64,000 bases of DNA from Tubiluchus corallicola (Eukaryota; Animalia; Priapulida): assembly GCA_030141605.1 (NCBI GenBank), contig JAQGDQ010000517.1, positions 62,001 to 126,000 of the forward strand, given 5' to 3'. The translations under genes and the position numbers were made by a program. The stretch's first letter is position 1. Every line of letters starts with the position of its first letter. The notes under the pieces were generated by a model. That model did no database searches. It was not told the origin of the DNA and saw only the letters and a list, made by a program, of their open reading frames with translations. Shown one piece after another: positions 12,800 to 23,954 of this stretch.

Positions 12800-13930
12800 C
12801 TTTCATTTTATCATTTTAATGCACGAAGTTTGCTCGCTAGCAATAAATCTTACAAATTAGACGAATTACGACATATAAATAAAAACGTTGACGTCTTAGC
12901 TACTACTGAAATATAGTTAGATTTATCAATAACAAGATCAGCTTCATATCTTAGGTTTCCAGTCATAAGTGCACAAAGACAGAGACAGAAGTAATGGCGG
13001 TATAGCTTTTTGCGCAACAGCTTTCTACATTTAGAGTTTACTTCCTCAATGCCCCTCTGATCTTATCAACGCTATAGTAGCAGATACACATCTGCTACAC
13101 TTCTGAACAAGGTTCGGTAAAAGAGGACCTGTTTATAGATGATCTTTCGCAATGTTATAATTTTTTAACTAAATTCAAAAATAAAATTAAGCATAGCATT
13201 AACAGTGTTTGTGTTTACTGGTGATTTTAATGCAAAAACTTCTGGATTCTAATCCACAAAAGTAGTGGCAGGCTGTTAGACTTAATATACAGACCTGCTT
13301 CCTTGTTGTTATGAATATGGAACGGATGTTTTACATTACATTGTACAATTACTTTATTGTGCACAACAATGTGTTAACAAATTATAACTCCTATTTAAAG
13401 TAAAAGATCAGTGCTGTTAACCAAATGCTGTCAATTGTTCATAAACTAATTAGCTGTTTAGACAATGACATTGAGATTCGCCCTGTGTCCCTAGCTTTTG
13501 ACAAGGCCTGGTATAAAGATTTATTGCATAAATTTTAACAATATGGTGGTCATCTCCTCTTTTGGTTGGCATCACTGTAATCATAGTAATTCTGGGCGTT
13601 AATATAAATTTTCTAAAAATTTTGGTACTCGATTTAAGCACTTTGCTGTTTTAGTACATATTAACAACATTAATGAGAATATTGACTGAGACACACTTAT
13701 ATTCCGGTGATACGTCTTTAGTAGATGCATATAATGATCCCATTAAGAAGCATGTCGTTAGAGCATGGATCGGGCTACAATTTAGGAATATTGCTGTTCA
13801 CACGGGAAAGAAACCCAATGTTTTATCCACTATTATTACACACGCACTTGGGCATACCACCTCACAGTAGATTCGGTCTGAACTATTTTAATAAAGTTAC
13901 TGAGAAAGCCTTCTTGAAATTAAATACCAA
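12800..13930 (+). mobile_element. Heavily decayed, internally deleted CR1/L2-type LINE remnant
   Basis: Fragments translate as HFNARSLL..LDELRHI..VDVLATTE and VFTGDFNAK (APE endonuclease) and AFDKAW (RT), broken by stops and frameshifts. Confidence 0.65.
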
Positions 13931-14032
13931 GAAAGATAAATGTGCATATTGCGGTAAGAATGAACTAATATTTTAATGAAACATTGAAAATAAAAAGTAC
14001 AATCAATTTTCAAATATTTTTATTATTCACAC

Positions 14033-14120
14033 ATAGGTGACTGCGAGATACCAGCCGAAGTCGATTTTGACGTAACGACGTACAAAATTTGAAGTGTCTT
14101 CACCCAATATTTTAAAATGG
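14033..14120 (-). CDS. Candidate exon (HFKILGEDTSNFVRRYVKIDFGWYLAVTY, or an alternative frame), possibly of the DDDNCDC gene
   Basis: tag|...|gtgtga with two open frames; splice sites are weak. Confidence 0.25.
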
Positions 14121-14896
14121 CTATACTGATTTTGGCTGATTAATTGGCAAAAAACATACAAAATTAGCCCAACTGGTCTGCATTAACACATTAATGTACA
14201 ATATCAATCTACTAATATTAAAAATAACCATCTTACTAAATAAATCATTTATACTTAACCCGTTCATTATACATTTACTGTTCAATCGTCTATTGTAAAA
14301 ACATGTAGCGACCAAATAAGACATGAACAGCCATAAGAAAGGGAATGATCTAACGTTTTGTTGTACATATGCACACAACATCAGTGTGGTAACTTTCTGT
14401 TCCTTTTGTTATTTATTTTTCTTTCTGTAATATCGTAATCAAAAACTTGTCGCGTTTTTGATTACGATATTATGAATGATAACTATAACGAATGAGTTTG
14501 AATCAACTAAACCAATGGGTATCTAATCAGAGCCTTGTGGCATTTATACATACATTTATGCTTTTTTGAAAACATGTACACAAGTCACATTCATGAACTT
14601 TGTAAAGTTCTGTCATTACCAATATAATGCTGTCTAACTCAGATTATTTACACATACAACATGATGTTTCACTTCCGTCCACTTACTCGAGGCTAAAGCC
14701 AATGCTTTATGGCTTACAACAGAATAAACACTCACTGAATTAACTGAAACTTGAAGTTGCGAATAGCTATTAGCTTAGAATGCCATTAATTTTTGCCAAT
14801 CAGAACTTGCTTTAAGAAACATTAAGCACGTTTCAATTGCTTTAGTTCCAACATGGCTTAACACACCCTCAGATATAATAGCAGACTTAGCAAGTT

Positions 14897-15329
14897 CTAC
14901 AATTTTGTTGCTGTAACGACTATGACATACTTGCCATCACTGAAACTTACTTCTGTCAAATTCGACACTTCTAATGTTACATCTAATGTTCTCATTTTAG
15001 CTTCCGTCAAGGCCTCTAAAACCAACTCTTCATCAACGGCCACGTGATAAAATTTCTTTCCGCCAACATCCCAAAAAGTTTCCCCTCCTATTACTGCCAT
15101 TATCAACTTCCCCCCTGATTTAAGCAGCGTCATCACGTTTCTTATGCATTGCTTATACTCGCCACGTGTTTTTGAGCTGATCGCAATAACAAAGATGGAA
15201 ATGATTGCATCAAAGCTGCCTCGGTGAGAAAGGGTTAGCGGATCAGTTCTATTGGCATCGCATAACAGGATTTCCTTTACGTTGCTTCGCAAACTTTTCA
15301 TACGTGTATGGTATCTTTCTTGGAGTTCA
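14897..15329 (-). CDS. NNMT/PNMT/INMT-family SAM-dependent methyltransferase, exon 3
   Basis: Acceptor ttttctaatttcag|; ...ILLCDA..PL..FDAIISIF..YKQCIRNVMTLLKSGGKLIM..ETFWDVGGKKF.. matches the NNMT C-terminal half; TAG at 14899-14897. Confidence 0.92.
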
Positions 15330-15601
15330 CTGAAATTAGAAAAAAAATCTCGCAGCAGATTTTCACCTTAGTTATGCAACTATCTTATGATGTATTGAAC
15401 TGTAACGATAACCATATGTTTTATATATATTTTATATGTTTCAATTTTATACAACAATACATCTGTATAAGCTGGACAATGTTACGAACACATTTTGGTC
15501 AAAAATTTAGATCAAGCATGTTGATGGTAGCTGCTGATAAGTTGTTGTGACATTGTACTGTAACATTAGAAGTGTAACATCGAATGTGGTGTCTAAATTA
15601 C

Positions 15602-15812
15602 CTTTTGCTTGAAGATTGTATGATGATATCGTAATAGTTGCTCAAGTCAAATGGATACTCCCCTGTTTCTTTCCACTTTTGCAACACTTCAAGGTTAGAC
15701 TCAGCATAATCTGCCATGACAATCTCAGTAAAATTATCTCCAGCCGCGAGAACGTAAGCTAAATTAGGACCACATCCAAAATCCAACAGCCTGTTGCCTG
15801 GTAGTTCTCCTC
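15602..15812 (-). CDS. NNMT/INMT-family methyltransferase, exon 2
   Basis: GELPGNRLLDFGCGPNLAYVLAAGDNFTEIVMADYAESNLEVLQKW contains SAM-binding motif I; cag|...|gtaatt, phase 1-2. Confidence 0.92.
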
Positions 15813-16077
15813 CTGTCATTTTCGTAAAGTTGCATTTTAAAAATTGCAATGAATTTTGATAATCAGAAATTATTATAGTTAATGTGAGTATGCTACAATT
15901 TTAAAAACCAAAACTGTCAAAATTTGCAAACAAGATATAGTCTAAATCTGAAATGAGGAATCCACAGAGAAGCTGCTTGAAGTCCAAAACTGACACCATG
16001 AAACTTAAAAAATTACGGTTTTTACATTAAATAAATAAATTATAAAAAGCGAAAAGTAGAAAACTGATGTTCCTTAC

Positions 16078-16189
16078 CTTCATGGAATGTTTGGCGGAAT
16101 TTAACAAAAATATTTTTGCGATGATTTGGTGTGTTCCCGTAGTAATCTTTCATGTAAGCATGATTGTCAAAATTTTCATAACCCGCCAT
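16078..16189 (-). CDS. NNMT/INMT-family methyltransferase, exon 1: MAGYENFDNHAYMKDYYGNTPNHRKNIFVKFRQTFHE
   Basis: Y..FD...Y...YY N-terminal motif and donor |gtaagg. The three exons total 756 nt (251 aa plus stop) with consistent phases. Confidence 0.88.
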
Positions 16190-16453
16190 GATGCACTCAC
16201 AACTCGATATTACAACTCAATAACTTTTTACACACATTCTTTCTCAAAGTTTGTTGTCAAGAGGCTTGCTATTAAGTGATCAATAAACATTAAAAATAAC
16301 TACTAAAACATACAACACAGTACTGTTGCTACTATTTGCTAAATACACTTCGTAAATTATGATAGCAAATCAGCTTCGAGAAACAAGACGCTAGGCAAAT
16401 AAAACAGCTGCGGATTTAGGTTGCTGTGGCATGAGGTTAAAATGTTGCGCCTG

Positions 16454-16464
16454 GTGAGTCAGCA
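16454..16464 (+). promoter_or_regulatory. Consensus ARE/AP-1 site about 265 bp upstream of the methyltransferase ATG
   Basis: GTGAGTCAGCA. Confidence 0.4.
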
Positions 16465-17083
16465 GTCTGAACAAATGGTTAGCAAAAAGAAACTTATACC
16501 AAAGAATTGCTACCAGTGCAGCAACAACAACTGGATCAGCCCCAACAATAACTGATCAAATGCACTTTAATACAGGAGGCACACTAATGCAATAGTGCCT
16601 GCTATAACTTGTCTAAGATAAATTTTTGTTCGTCTGCGGGCTCGTTAAGTGCTTTTCTATTATAAAAAGTTTCGGTGTCGCACACAGACTTCTACTAAAC
16701 GTGTTTAATTTTCTGCCTCAGACAAACTTCTCGAGTTCAAGTTGAGGAAGCAAAACTTTGTTTCAGACACAGCGAGATCAGACCAATAAAAAGCAATCGC
16801 TTTGGTCACGTGCCATGTAATAGCTGTTTTTTGAAGTTACTTAAGACACAGTTACAAAATCCATCGTGTGCAAGGAAATTTTGTCTGTGACAAAGTAGAC
16901 AAAGTATATAACGCTGTTTATCGAGCCCGCTGACAAGTAAAAATCTGATTCAGACAAGTTGTTGCACACGGACTTTTGCTAAACGTGCCGTCTCCGTATA
17001 AAATTTTTTGTTAGACAAAAGCACAACAAACCAATAATAACCAACGTTTAAGCATGTGTTGTGTAACTGAGGTTATCTATGAC

Positions 17084-17640
17084 ACACAGTTTGCTTCATA
17101 CAAAAGTTACTGTGTGTGACTGCTATTCAACTTTGAATGCCATTCAAGTTTTATGATATTAAGTTGGGCCTCTCTGTAGATTATATGTAACCTATATAGT
17201 TTAAATGTTTTCTTAGATTGGACTAATGTGTGTTAATAATGAATTATGTATATACCTTGAAGACTAGTAGTTGATTGCTTACAATAATTAACTACTGAAA
17301 TTGCCCGACAGCTGGTGCAGTCATTCTTGGAGCTTGCAAATGCACCACTGCCTGAATGTGACACAGTTTGCTTCATACAAAAGTTACTGTGTGTGACTGC
17401 TATTCAACTTTGAATGCCATTCAAGTTTTATGATATTAAGTTGGGCCTCTCTGTAGATTATATGTAGCCTATGTAGTTTAAATGTTTTCTTAGATTGGAC
17501 TAATGTGTGTTAATAATAAATTATGTATATACTTTGAAGACTAGTAGTTGATTGCTTACAATAATTAACTAGTGAAATTGCCCGACAGGTGACGCAGTCA
17601 TTCTTCGACCTTGCAAATGTACCACTGCCTGAATATGATA
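17084..17640. repeat. Recent direct tandem duplication, 2 x ~277 bp
   Basis: acacagtttgcttcatacaaaagttac... starts at 17084 and again at 17361; the copies differ by scattered substitutions. Confidence 0.93.
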
Positions 17641-17767
17641 CAAATTTTGTTTAGAATAAATAGCATAATGTTGGAACAGATGTTCTCCTAGAGCTATAAG
17701 CGAACCTAAAATATTGCAGTGTTTTGTATGCATCAAAGACATTATAGTGCATCAGGAACATCAATCT

Positions 17768-17972
17768 TTAACTCGGGGAGATGAGTTACTAACTCGACAA
17801 CATGAGTTAGTAACTTGGGGAAATGACTAGTAACTTGGGGGAACGAGATACCAACTCAGTAGAATGAATTAGTAACTTGTGGGAACTGGGAATGAGTTAC
17901 TAACTCAGGAGCAGGAGTTATTGTCTCATGTTTTATTGTTGATATTCCGTCTTAAAATAAACTATTACTTAC

Positions 17973-18026
<54 letters not shown>

Positions 18027-18177
18027 CACTCACTCACTCACTCACTCACTCACTCACTCACTCACTTACTTACTTGCTAACTTGTGGAATGACTTATTAA
18101 TTTAGAGGAACGCGTTAGTAACTCGGAGGGGGGAGGAGATGAGTTGGTAACTCAGGAGAACGACTAAAAAACGTACG
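17768..18177. repeat. Second arm of the 21-bp palindromic-unit family, interrupted by a (CTTA)n(CTCA)n microsatellite
   Basis: GAGTTANTAACTC units with GGGAAT spacers; ends gactaaaaaacgtacg, approximately the reverse complement of the 11518 terminus. Confidence 0.75.
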
Positions 18178-18207
18178 AACAAGTGAACAAATAAAAATCA
18201 ACTTCAC

Positions 18208-18334
18208 CATTTGGCTTGCCGGAAAGTTCAGCTTGTGCTGTTTGTAATTCACGCTCTAGCTGTGCAATGCGCAGTTTCAGGTTAGTATTTTCGTCAACGA
18301 TTTCCCAAAAGTCTTTGCAACCGCATTTTTCATC
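18208..18334 (-). CDS. Candidate coiled-coil exon DEKCGCKDFWEIVDENTNLKLRIAQLERELQTAQAELSGKPN; host gene unassigned, may be transposon-derived
   Basis: Preceded by a clean 99-nt intron (gtaagt...tttttcttag, 18433-18335) and has a heptad-like Leu pattern. The exit donor is weak and there is an in-frame TAA in the upstream segment. Confidence 0.35.
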
Positions 18335-19220
18335 CTAAGAAAAATAATTTTTTGCATCATTCCTACTAACGTATTGTATAAACGACTTCTTTACTAGTTA
18401 GAGAATTTTCAACTGTTAGCGTTGCACACTTACAGTTCCAATGAAAAGGTAAAAATGCCACTGTGAAATATATTACTGTGGTATAAAAGAAAAGGTTTCA
18501 GTGCCTTGAGCTCCTTCGCTTTCACCACAGTGATTCTTATTCTTATAAACTGTCAAAGAAATAAAGATTGATATACGCGAAAACAAACTCCTTTGTATAT
18601 TTTGGCAAGAGATTTAACTATAGGTGTCCAATAGGTAAATTTCACACCATTTTCATTCATTTGAGAGGCCCGCAGAATAAACAAGCTCAAATTTAAACGC
18701 TGTCTTCCGAGCGTTAATTACGGTTAATAGCCTGTTAATTCCTCTTTTGTTACCTTTTTCACTAGTGTAAAGCTACTTTACGTGCAAGAGAAACCAATAT
18801 AAAAATGATTTTGGTAAAAATCTTAGTTTTATACAACGTGTGATACAGTGATAGTACTAAGTTTCAATTATGCAGGATGACTGCTGTTAACGCAAATTTC
18901 AAAACGTCTACGTGCTACCACCTGGTGGACTCCAAGTTAAATATTTTTAATAATATAAGGTTCTGAAAACTCGTGTTTACCATAATATTACGATTCGAAA
19001 TCAACGTTGAACTATTTCCCAGGGTAATAGTAGTCTGCCTAAATATTATAATGAGCCAGAATACAGTAATGGATTGTTTTAATGGCTTCTTACGGGTATA
19101 GGTCATTTTGCCTTAGAGCCGGTATTAAGTAACAAAATAGTAGTGTGATCACACCCATGTCCCTTTATATGGTAGTGTATTAGTAACTAATCAAATCGCA
19201 TGTTACTGTTCAATTCATTT

Positions 19221-19236
19221 TTCCAATGCAAAGCTG

Positions 19237-19267
<31 letters not shown>

Positions 19268-19280
19268 CTTTGCATTGGAA
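19221..19280. repeat. Perfect 17-bp inverted repeat around (TA)n
   Basis: ttccaatgcaaagctgt-(at)n-acagctttgcattggaa. Confidence 0.9.
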
Positions 19281-19689
19281 TATATATATATATATTATGT
19301 ATAAAGGTATAAGTAAGTAAACACGGTAAGTAAGTTTGTTATTGTTCATTTCAACCAGTAAATGCACTTTTTTAAATACTGGATAGTGTCAACGCTATAC
19401 CTAGCTTGATTATTATGTCTAGTAATGTTAGATTTGATTTTTATATGCATTTGTTTATTGCACTTAGTTTGCAGTGCTGTCACATGCACTTAGAAGATCA
19501 AGTTTATTTTTTTGCTTGGATGAGTATTATACGGGCAAGCAAAATATATTTTGAAAGTTAGTAGTACATGCAAACTACGTTTATAGGGAAGCGTTATCAA
19601 ACAAATTGTGTACGATGTTCTACTGACCTCGTTATTTTTCTTAAATTAAATAGAATTTTCACGTACTCCAAGGTCGTAGGAATGACTCG

Positions 19690-20830
19690 CGCTCACTTTT
19701 ATTCGTTTTGGTCGCCGTGTGGGTGTCTCGGAGCTGCTCGGAGATTAAAGTTTTTTAACTTTGATTAGTGCGAGCATCTCCGCTGCCAAAGCGGCGGCGA
19801 TGTTTGACCGGCTGCTTGGATGAGCGTTTTAACGACCCTGGACCCACCAGTCCCTGAAAACTTCCTAGATTTTTTAGTTGTAATTCTCACCGTAAACAGA
19901 TCAATAAATCATAACTCAGTATTGGATGTAGTAAGGAAGTTTAAATTTTCACTGCTAATTTATATAACTTTTCTTTTTATACTTGCCGGGGATATAGAGC
20001 TCAATCCAGGCCCCTTAAATGGAATTTTATGCATGTCAATACCCAGAGTTTACTTTCTCATAATTTACATACCAAACTAGATGAATTGGCAAATTTTTCC
20101 AATGAGTTAACACTCGATATAATTGCACTGAGCGAGACGTGGCTGAAACCAAATGTTAAAAATTTAGATATTATAATTGATGATGAATTTGATGAGCCAT
20201 ATCGATGTGATCGTCCAACACCTGTTGCAAATCGTGGTGGTGGAGTTACAGTTTATGTTAGTAGTCAACTTAATAAACTTAATAGAAAGTGATGTAATAG
20301 ATGTATTACAAATTTTTCTCAGTTAAAAGGTGACCTTTTTATTAGAAACTTAATTGACGACCCCAAATGTAGCTGCAGTGATTTTATAGAAAGTTCTTAC
20401 CATTATTTTTCATAATGCGTAAAATATGATAGAGTTAGAACGGCATTATTAGACGATATTCGAAAAATTCAAAACCGATCACCCATCTTGCTGTATTATC
20501 CACAGTTTATTACAGCAGTTTATTAAATCAACCTTTCGCTTTACAGTACAGTAGAATTTACAATAGAATCAGCCAACTTATTACTTTGTAAATGTATTTT
20601 TATTATTACTGTTGTTGTTAAAATATTGTGTTTATGCTGTTCATGTATGTAAGTTTAATCACCACCTGCTGATTGTAATTGAATCGAATGTTTTTTCCAG
20701 CGGAGTGCGATATTAGTCCATTATTTTTTTATTAACACTTTGCACTCAGCACTTGTACCGTGGAGATACCTGTATCAGACGCAGTCTGTTTTGTAAATCC
20801 ACTATAAATAAATAAAGTTTAAACTAAAAA
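19690..20830 (+). mobile_element. Internally deleted CR1/L2-group LINE with a 2A-like motif
   Basis: FILAGDIELNPGP, then the APE endonuclease start (HVNTQSL..IIALSETWL..YRCDR..RGGGVTVYV), an abrupt jump to the C-terminal C-x-C..ES..HYFF region, a 3' stem-loop (cagac-gca-gtctg) and an AATAAA/A-rich end. The 5' boundary is approximate. Confidence 0.8.
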
Positions 20831-21804
20831 TTTGTGTATATAAGTAATATTAAACAGCCAACATAAGTTCAACTGTTCATTTCTTACTATTTTCTGTTCT
20901 TGAAAGTACTAAAAACGTGCAAAATGGACAGATTAAGCAAACAAATAAAGTGCGAGCAATTTAACAGAACAGTTATGTAAACCGTTCCAGTTTAAACAAG
21001 CTATGCGGAATAGCTGCGTAAACTGCTTCAGGTCTTCAATGTGAGAAGATTAAATAGCTGTGTTTAATGACTATAAATTATGAAATGAAACTAAACTATG
21101 AGGCTTCGCTAAACAAAATATAAGTAACATGAACAAGCTGAGTTAAGTAAACAGTAAACAGAATCAGTGTGATACAGAATGAGTAAAAATAAAATCTTAG
21201 TGTGAGCAAACTGAACAATAGCAAAAAAAAACAATCTGCATTAGTGCCCTACTCAAGTTTAACTGAAGTAAAGCTAGCTGAGAAAGTTAATTAAACCAGC
21301 AGGTGAGTATTAAAATTGTAAATTCAATTTAGCGTGAGCTGGCCAAACAAATTGTTAAACAAACATCGATGCAGCAACAATATAAACAGAAAAAAATACT
21401 GAAAAAATACCTGGACGTGATGCAAAACAATCTCGCTTTTACATACGCACTGGCTATTATCAGACACAGCTTCTAACGTTGCCGCTGCTGTAGGCGGCAC
21501 GTTAAAGTATACATGAAGCAAAAGCAGAAAAGCTGTCTCTAGCTTCACCATATTTACAGGTAACGGAGCCTACCAAATTGAAAAACATATAGAAGTTATA
21601 AGAAAATTATATACCATAGACAAAGTGTGATGCTTTATTTTGTCATCTAGGCCATTATAATGAAATAAATATAGATATAGATATATAAATTAAATAAAAC
21701 ATATTATTCTTGTTGTCATAATCTCTACAATAATATATCACATATTTGTTATATTCGGGATATATGCCCTTAATTGTGAATTCTGAGTTTGTATTTTTAG
21801 TGGA

Positions 21805-21817
21805 TAGATGGCGCTAG
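21805..21817 (+). promoter_or_regulatory. CTCF-like motif
   Basis: TAGATGGCGCTAG. Confidence 0.4.
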
Positions 21818-23039
21818 CAGCGCTAGAGTGGTAAACAATAATCAACAGATAGCGAATACACATGTGAACAGTTTTTTTTAAAAATGCAAGTAATGACTAC
21901 AGTATTTACAAAATCCATTGCTCTATCATCTTTGTATTTTACGTTTTAAATAAAAACGAAGTTAAAACAAATACCACCGCGCGAAATCAGCATAATTTTA
22001 TTGTGAAGACATCACCGCGATATCAGGAAATTAGTGCTACCATTACACATGAACATTGTGCAAACAAATCTTTTGTACCTAAACGAGTAAATTACTTGTG
22101 ATGTGCGATCACTGTTCCTGCCGCTTTTCTAGTATTTATAATTTGTAAAGCGTCGTTCCCACTTTCACTACCCGTCAACAATACCAGAACAACAGATTGC
22201 AATACTAGCATTATAGGTTTATCCCAGTCACTTCATTTGATGACATTTCATGTAGATTAAACGTCGTTTTACCGAGCTTAAATTGCATAGAACGTGTGCA
22301 TGACAAGTAATTTTCATTTTAACATGGTGCATTTTACAATTCCCGTCCCGATACCGGATCCGGAATTAACCTTGGTCGCCACTCCGGAACCCGAAATTAA
22401 AATTAGCTCTAATTCGTGTTTCTCTTTCGCAGAAGATAATGAAAACATTGATATCCTTAACAATTAAAAAAAATTGCTAAATATCATTGCAAAATTTAGG
22501 CCATGGACAAAATCATGAAGAGGTACAAGAAGAAAAAACATGAAACAGTACTGCACGCTGTTCTCAATTTTACGTATATAATAACGATATATCCTTGTGT
22601 ATATCATAATAATGTAATATATTGCACAAACTTACCTGCTGCTTAGAAATCAAATCATAGTAAGCTAAGAAACGTACCTATACTTTGTTATGGAAGAAGG
22701 TTCTACACATTCACAAACCACAGACGTCTAACTTTGTGTAAATCTTCCGTTCCCCCTTCACCTCGGGCTTTTCCGGTGCGTTAACAGGATGTACAACTAT
22801 ATAAACGTGCAACCGACAAAAGCAGGTTCTCTAATCTCCTAAATATACTAAACTTAAAAATGCTGCTTCATTTTCGTTCATTAACCCTGGAAAAAGGTTC
22901 AGCAACAAATGACGTCTCTGATTTGGTTTTGGGTACGCCAATTGCCGTAAAACACTAACCTCCCCCTCACTATCTTGTACCTACCATTTAGTTTCTCACA
23001 AAAAAACACCAAAATTTTGTCTATAAATTTGGAGAGGAT

Positions 23040-23330
23040 AAGTAACCTAAACTTAACAGCCAACTTTCACCGTAACTACACGGTTATCATGCAGACCCAG
23101 GCCCTCACATAAAATAATTATGAGCAAAATTTATGAACATTTATTTTGGCATTGGTCTTCAGGTTTTCAGATCAAAACGCTGTAGGTTTTAAGGTTTTGC
23201 TCAAATCTATTCCTGTGCCAAGTTTGAAAGTTTGACTAGAGCTTTGTCCGTTTTGATTTTATTTTGCGAACAAACAACCAGACATACAGACGCGACTAAA
23301 TGCTCTATCCGGACTATCCGTAACAGCTTT
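23040..23330 (+). mobile_element. Degenerate helentron/DINE-like interspersed repeat fragment
   Basis: ccaagtttgaaag...acaaacaaccagacatacagacgcgact pattern; a similar fragment lies near 46400-46620. Confidence 0.3.
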
Positions 23331-23690
23331 AGGTCCGCATTTGGAAAATTTTCGCTGCCACCAATAGGTGGTGCAACTTCCTAATACATAATCACACACC
23401 TAGGATTTCATTTTTGAGAGTGAGAAGTTTTTTATTTCATCTGTTTTATGTTGCTTTTAAAAGCCCGCTTTTTAAGTTCTTCATTATTTAGCCGTCGACT
23501 AACTTAATTTACTTGCTGCTTGCTTGAACGGTTGAACCCTTGCGTGCCTGCCCATTTTTTGTTTATTTGTTTCCTTGCTTAGTCGCTCTTTCGTTCATTT
23601 GTTCTTTCCTAAATAAATTTTGCTGCAAACTGGTTAGGTTTTTGTCGAATACGCACCCTCACGTGTACGCAAATCCTCTCCTGTAATAAT

Positions 23691-23954
23691 CAGGGTCGGA
23701 TTAAAACCTCAAAAGCTCTAAGCACTGAAAAGATCATGGCACCCCCACATTAATGTAGTCCAGGATAAAAAAATACTGAACTGTAAAATGAAATTTCGAT
23801 GCCCATCCGCACCGTCATATTGTAAACAAACACAGAAACCGCCACACATATTCCGACATATTTTACTTTTAGGTAATTATTCAATTTGAAAAAAAAACTT
23901 CCCCGGATGCCCTAAACACGTGCTTATTTTGCTTAATGGCATCCAATTATACTG
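23691..23954. mobile_element. Old hAT-type MITE
   Basis: CAGGGTCGGATT...ATCCAATTATACTG termini; imperfect 8-bp flanks gtaataat / gtataatt. Confidence 0.5.

Noticed and set aside
11518-18177. Single Pack-type transposon carrying the methyltransferase gene
   Set aside because: No target-site duplication at the outer ends, and the interval also encloses a probable exon (12175-12111) of the neighbouring gene
22745-22795. Twister-ribozyme-like string on the minus strand (TAACGCACCGGAAAAGCCCGAGGTGAAGGGGG)
   Set aside because: Lacks the GUCCC-type pseudoknot strand and proper stems. As an exon, all three frames from the best acceptor hit stops.
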